The translations under genes and the position numbers were made by a program. Under the pieces are notes generated by a model, which did no database searches, had not been told where the DNA came from, and saw only the letters and a list, made by a program, of their open reading frames with translations. From NCBI RefSeq assembly GCF_003918875.1, contig NW_025767392.1:248001-312000 (forward strand): a DNA stretch of 64,000 bases. The letters are read 5' to 3'. This document shows, piece by piece, positions 62,081 through 64,000 of this stretch. This DNA comes from Haliotis rubra. Taxonomy: Eukaryota. How positions within the stretch are numbered: the first letter of the stretch is position 1; every line of letters begins with the position of its first letter.

Positions 62081-62851
62081 GTGTGATCAGAACAATTACA
62101 CCTGTGATATGGACAGAATATAGATGTCTATATTTTGAAAACAGTGACAGGCGTCTGGGAGAGTTCAGTCTGTGGCCGGTGACAGGCGCTATCTGGAAAG
62201 TAGAGTAAAGCCTCAGCATAGCGAGGGTAACCAGCACTGGGGTTAATGTACCCTCAAGACAAGAAATATATCAAGATATTTATGTCATTATAATGAAAGT
62301 TGATTGTATTAAGAGCGGTAAACCACAGTGACATCCCCGCTGACCTTATCATGCGACATAGTGGAAAGCACTTGTTCAACAACGACTGTTTTGAAAAGGC
62401 CCCAAAGACATTCTTTTTTTCTAAAGCCTACAATTGACTTTTTCCCTAACTCTTATTCTATAAATAGTTTTAATGCGCCATGAACATTCATCAGTGGGTT
62501 GACATTGGCGCTTTACAAATATAACTGTTATTACTTGTGACCTCAAGGCCTGTGCCGTTAATTACGGCTAAGTCTAATAATCTGCGGGGTGATCTGAAGG
62601 AACAACAGACTCCACAAAGCGCAAGCTGTGTCCCTCTTGTGTGTCAGAATGCGATTAACATGCAACTGTGCCGAGCTCATGGTTTTCAAAGATAAACGTC
62701 TTGGATCTGTACCAGATCTAAAACGAAGGTAAACGAAGCAACTTTTTCGATAATCCTTGATTGCAAGTATTCCAACTGCAAGACGTCCCATTGCAATGTT
62801 GCAATGTTGCGATAAGCAGCATTCAGTCTCAGTAACTTCGAATAATTCGAG

Positions 62852-63068
62852 ACCCGTGAAGATCCGGGATAGAATAGGTCTTTAGCAACCCATGCTTGCT
62901 ACAAAAGGCGACTATGCTTGTCGTAAGAGGCGACTAACGGGATCGGGTGGTCAGGCTTGCTGACTTGGTTGACACATAGCATTGGTTCCCACTCGATTAT
63001 TTACAGACCGCCGCCATAAAGCTGGGGTATTGCTGAGTGCGGCGTAAAACTAAACTCACTCACTCACT
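62852..63068 (+). mobile_element. Short retroposon family A, duplicated-hairpin subfamily
   Basis: ACCCGTGAAG start, (ACTC)n tail, 13-bp TSD TCGAATAATTCGA. Confidence 0.9.
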
Positions 63069-63205
63069 CGAATAATTCGACAAACGTATGACACAATACT
63101 GACTGACGTTTGACCATTTTTAGTCTTTGTCACCGTAGAAGACACAATGTCTTCTTGCATTCTGCTTATAACTTCCTTTCCATGATATTGTCGCAGTCTT
63201 TTATA

Positions 63206-63368
63206 GTGAGTGAGTGGGTGAGTTGGGGTTTACACCGCTTTTAGCAATATTCCAGCAATATCACGGCACCAGAAATGGTCTTCACACATTGTGCCCATGT
63301 GGGGAATCGAACCCGGGTCTTCAGCGTGACGAGTGAACGCCTTGACCACTAGGCTACCCCACCACCCC
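63206..63368 (-). mobile_element. tRNA-derived SINE family B, full length
   Basis: Reverse-complement A/B boxes and shared tail; TSD cgcagtc(t/a)tttata. Confidence 0.88.
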
Positions 63369-64000
63369 GCAGTCATTTATAAAAAAATTCTATACACAGA
63401 TACAAAAGTTTAAAACGGTTGCTTTTGTGAATTACACCAACGACCACGAATCAAACACAGTTCAATAAAACATATTGTATTTGTATTGAATGTGTCATGA
63501 ATAAACTATCAACAGTCATACCATCTCACATGCGTTACTTTTTACTTGTATTAAGTGAGATTTTACACTATCGGCCTAGGTGACATACACTTTAATACAG
63601 GGGAGATTATCATGTCGTTAGTGGGTTTTTTTCATATAATCTTTAAATAAACATGAAGATACAAATGCACCTTTGGTAGTCCCAACACCACAAAGGCAAA
63701 GGAAAGGCTTTCAAGGAAAATACTACAAGGAAACGTAACAACTATATGAGGTTGCAATGCATGGCCATTCAGGACAACTTCACACTTTGTAATACTGTTC
63801 GGATTATCGGGGTTACACTTAATTTCAAGCAATCTAGATATACCAGCTGAAAGTAAATTCTCCTGAATTGACAGACCTTGCCCACGTCCCACGTAAATTT
63901 AAACTTCACACCCTCGCCACGTGCATCCTGTGTTACGTTACCATCTTCGCGTGAGTGCGGCGTAAAACTAAACTCACTCACTCACTTTCTGGGGTTGCAA

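Overview
Eukaryotic (metazoan) genomic DNA: AT-rich, GT-AG introns, three N-gaps. The repeat style suggests a mollusc, possibly a gastropod (unverified inference). Almost all listed ORFs are isolated exons or repeat artefacts. Five spliced genes can be reconstructed by hand. (i) Three tandem minus-strand paralogs of a 9-exon PhyH-family Fe(II)/2-oxoglutarate dioxygenase: 948-6382 (1-nt frameshift in exon 1), 10074-15761 and 16746-21285, the last two from a recent head-to-tail duplication. (ii) Two plus-strand 3-exon claudin/PMP22-superfamily tetraspan genes: 37771-41085 and 57284-61473. The rest is two abundant short retroposon families sharing a 3' tail, a CORE-type SINE, LINE and Tc1 remnants, MITEs and many minisatellites. 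Three observations stand out. First, a 79-bp minisatellite is the 3' splice site plus start of exon 2 of the first claudin-like gene amplified to 16 copies, so 15 unproductive decoy acceptors precede the real one. Second, a ~10.4-kb foldback-like element with ~1.2-kb inverted arms appears to have split a MITE terminus. Third, a retroposon with no tRNA head has a fixed 5' end that can fold into a pseudoknotted RNA. No CRISPR, rRNA or bona fide tRNA genes were seen.
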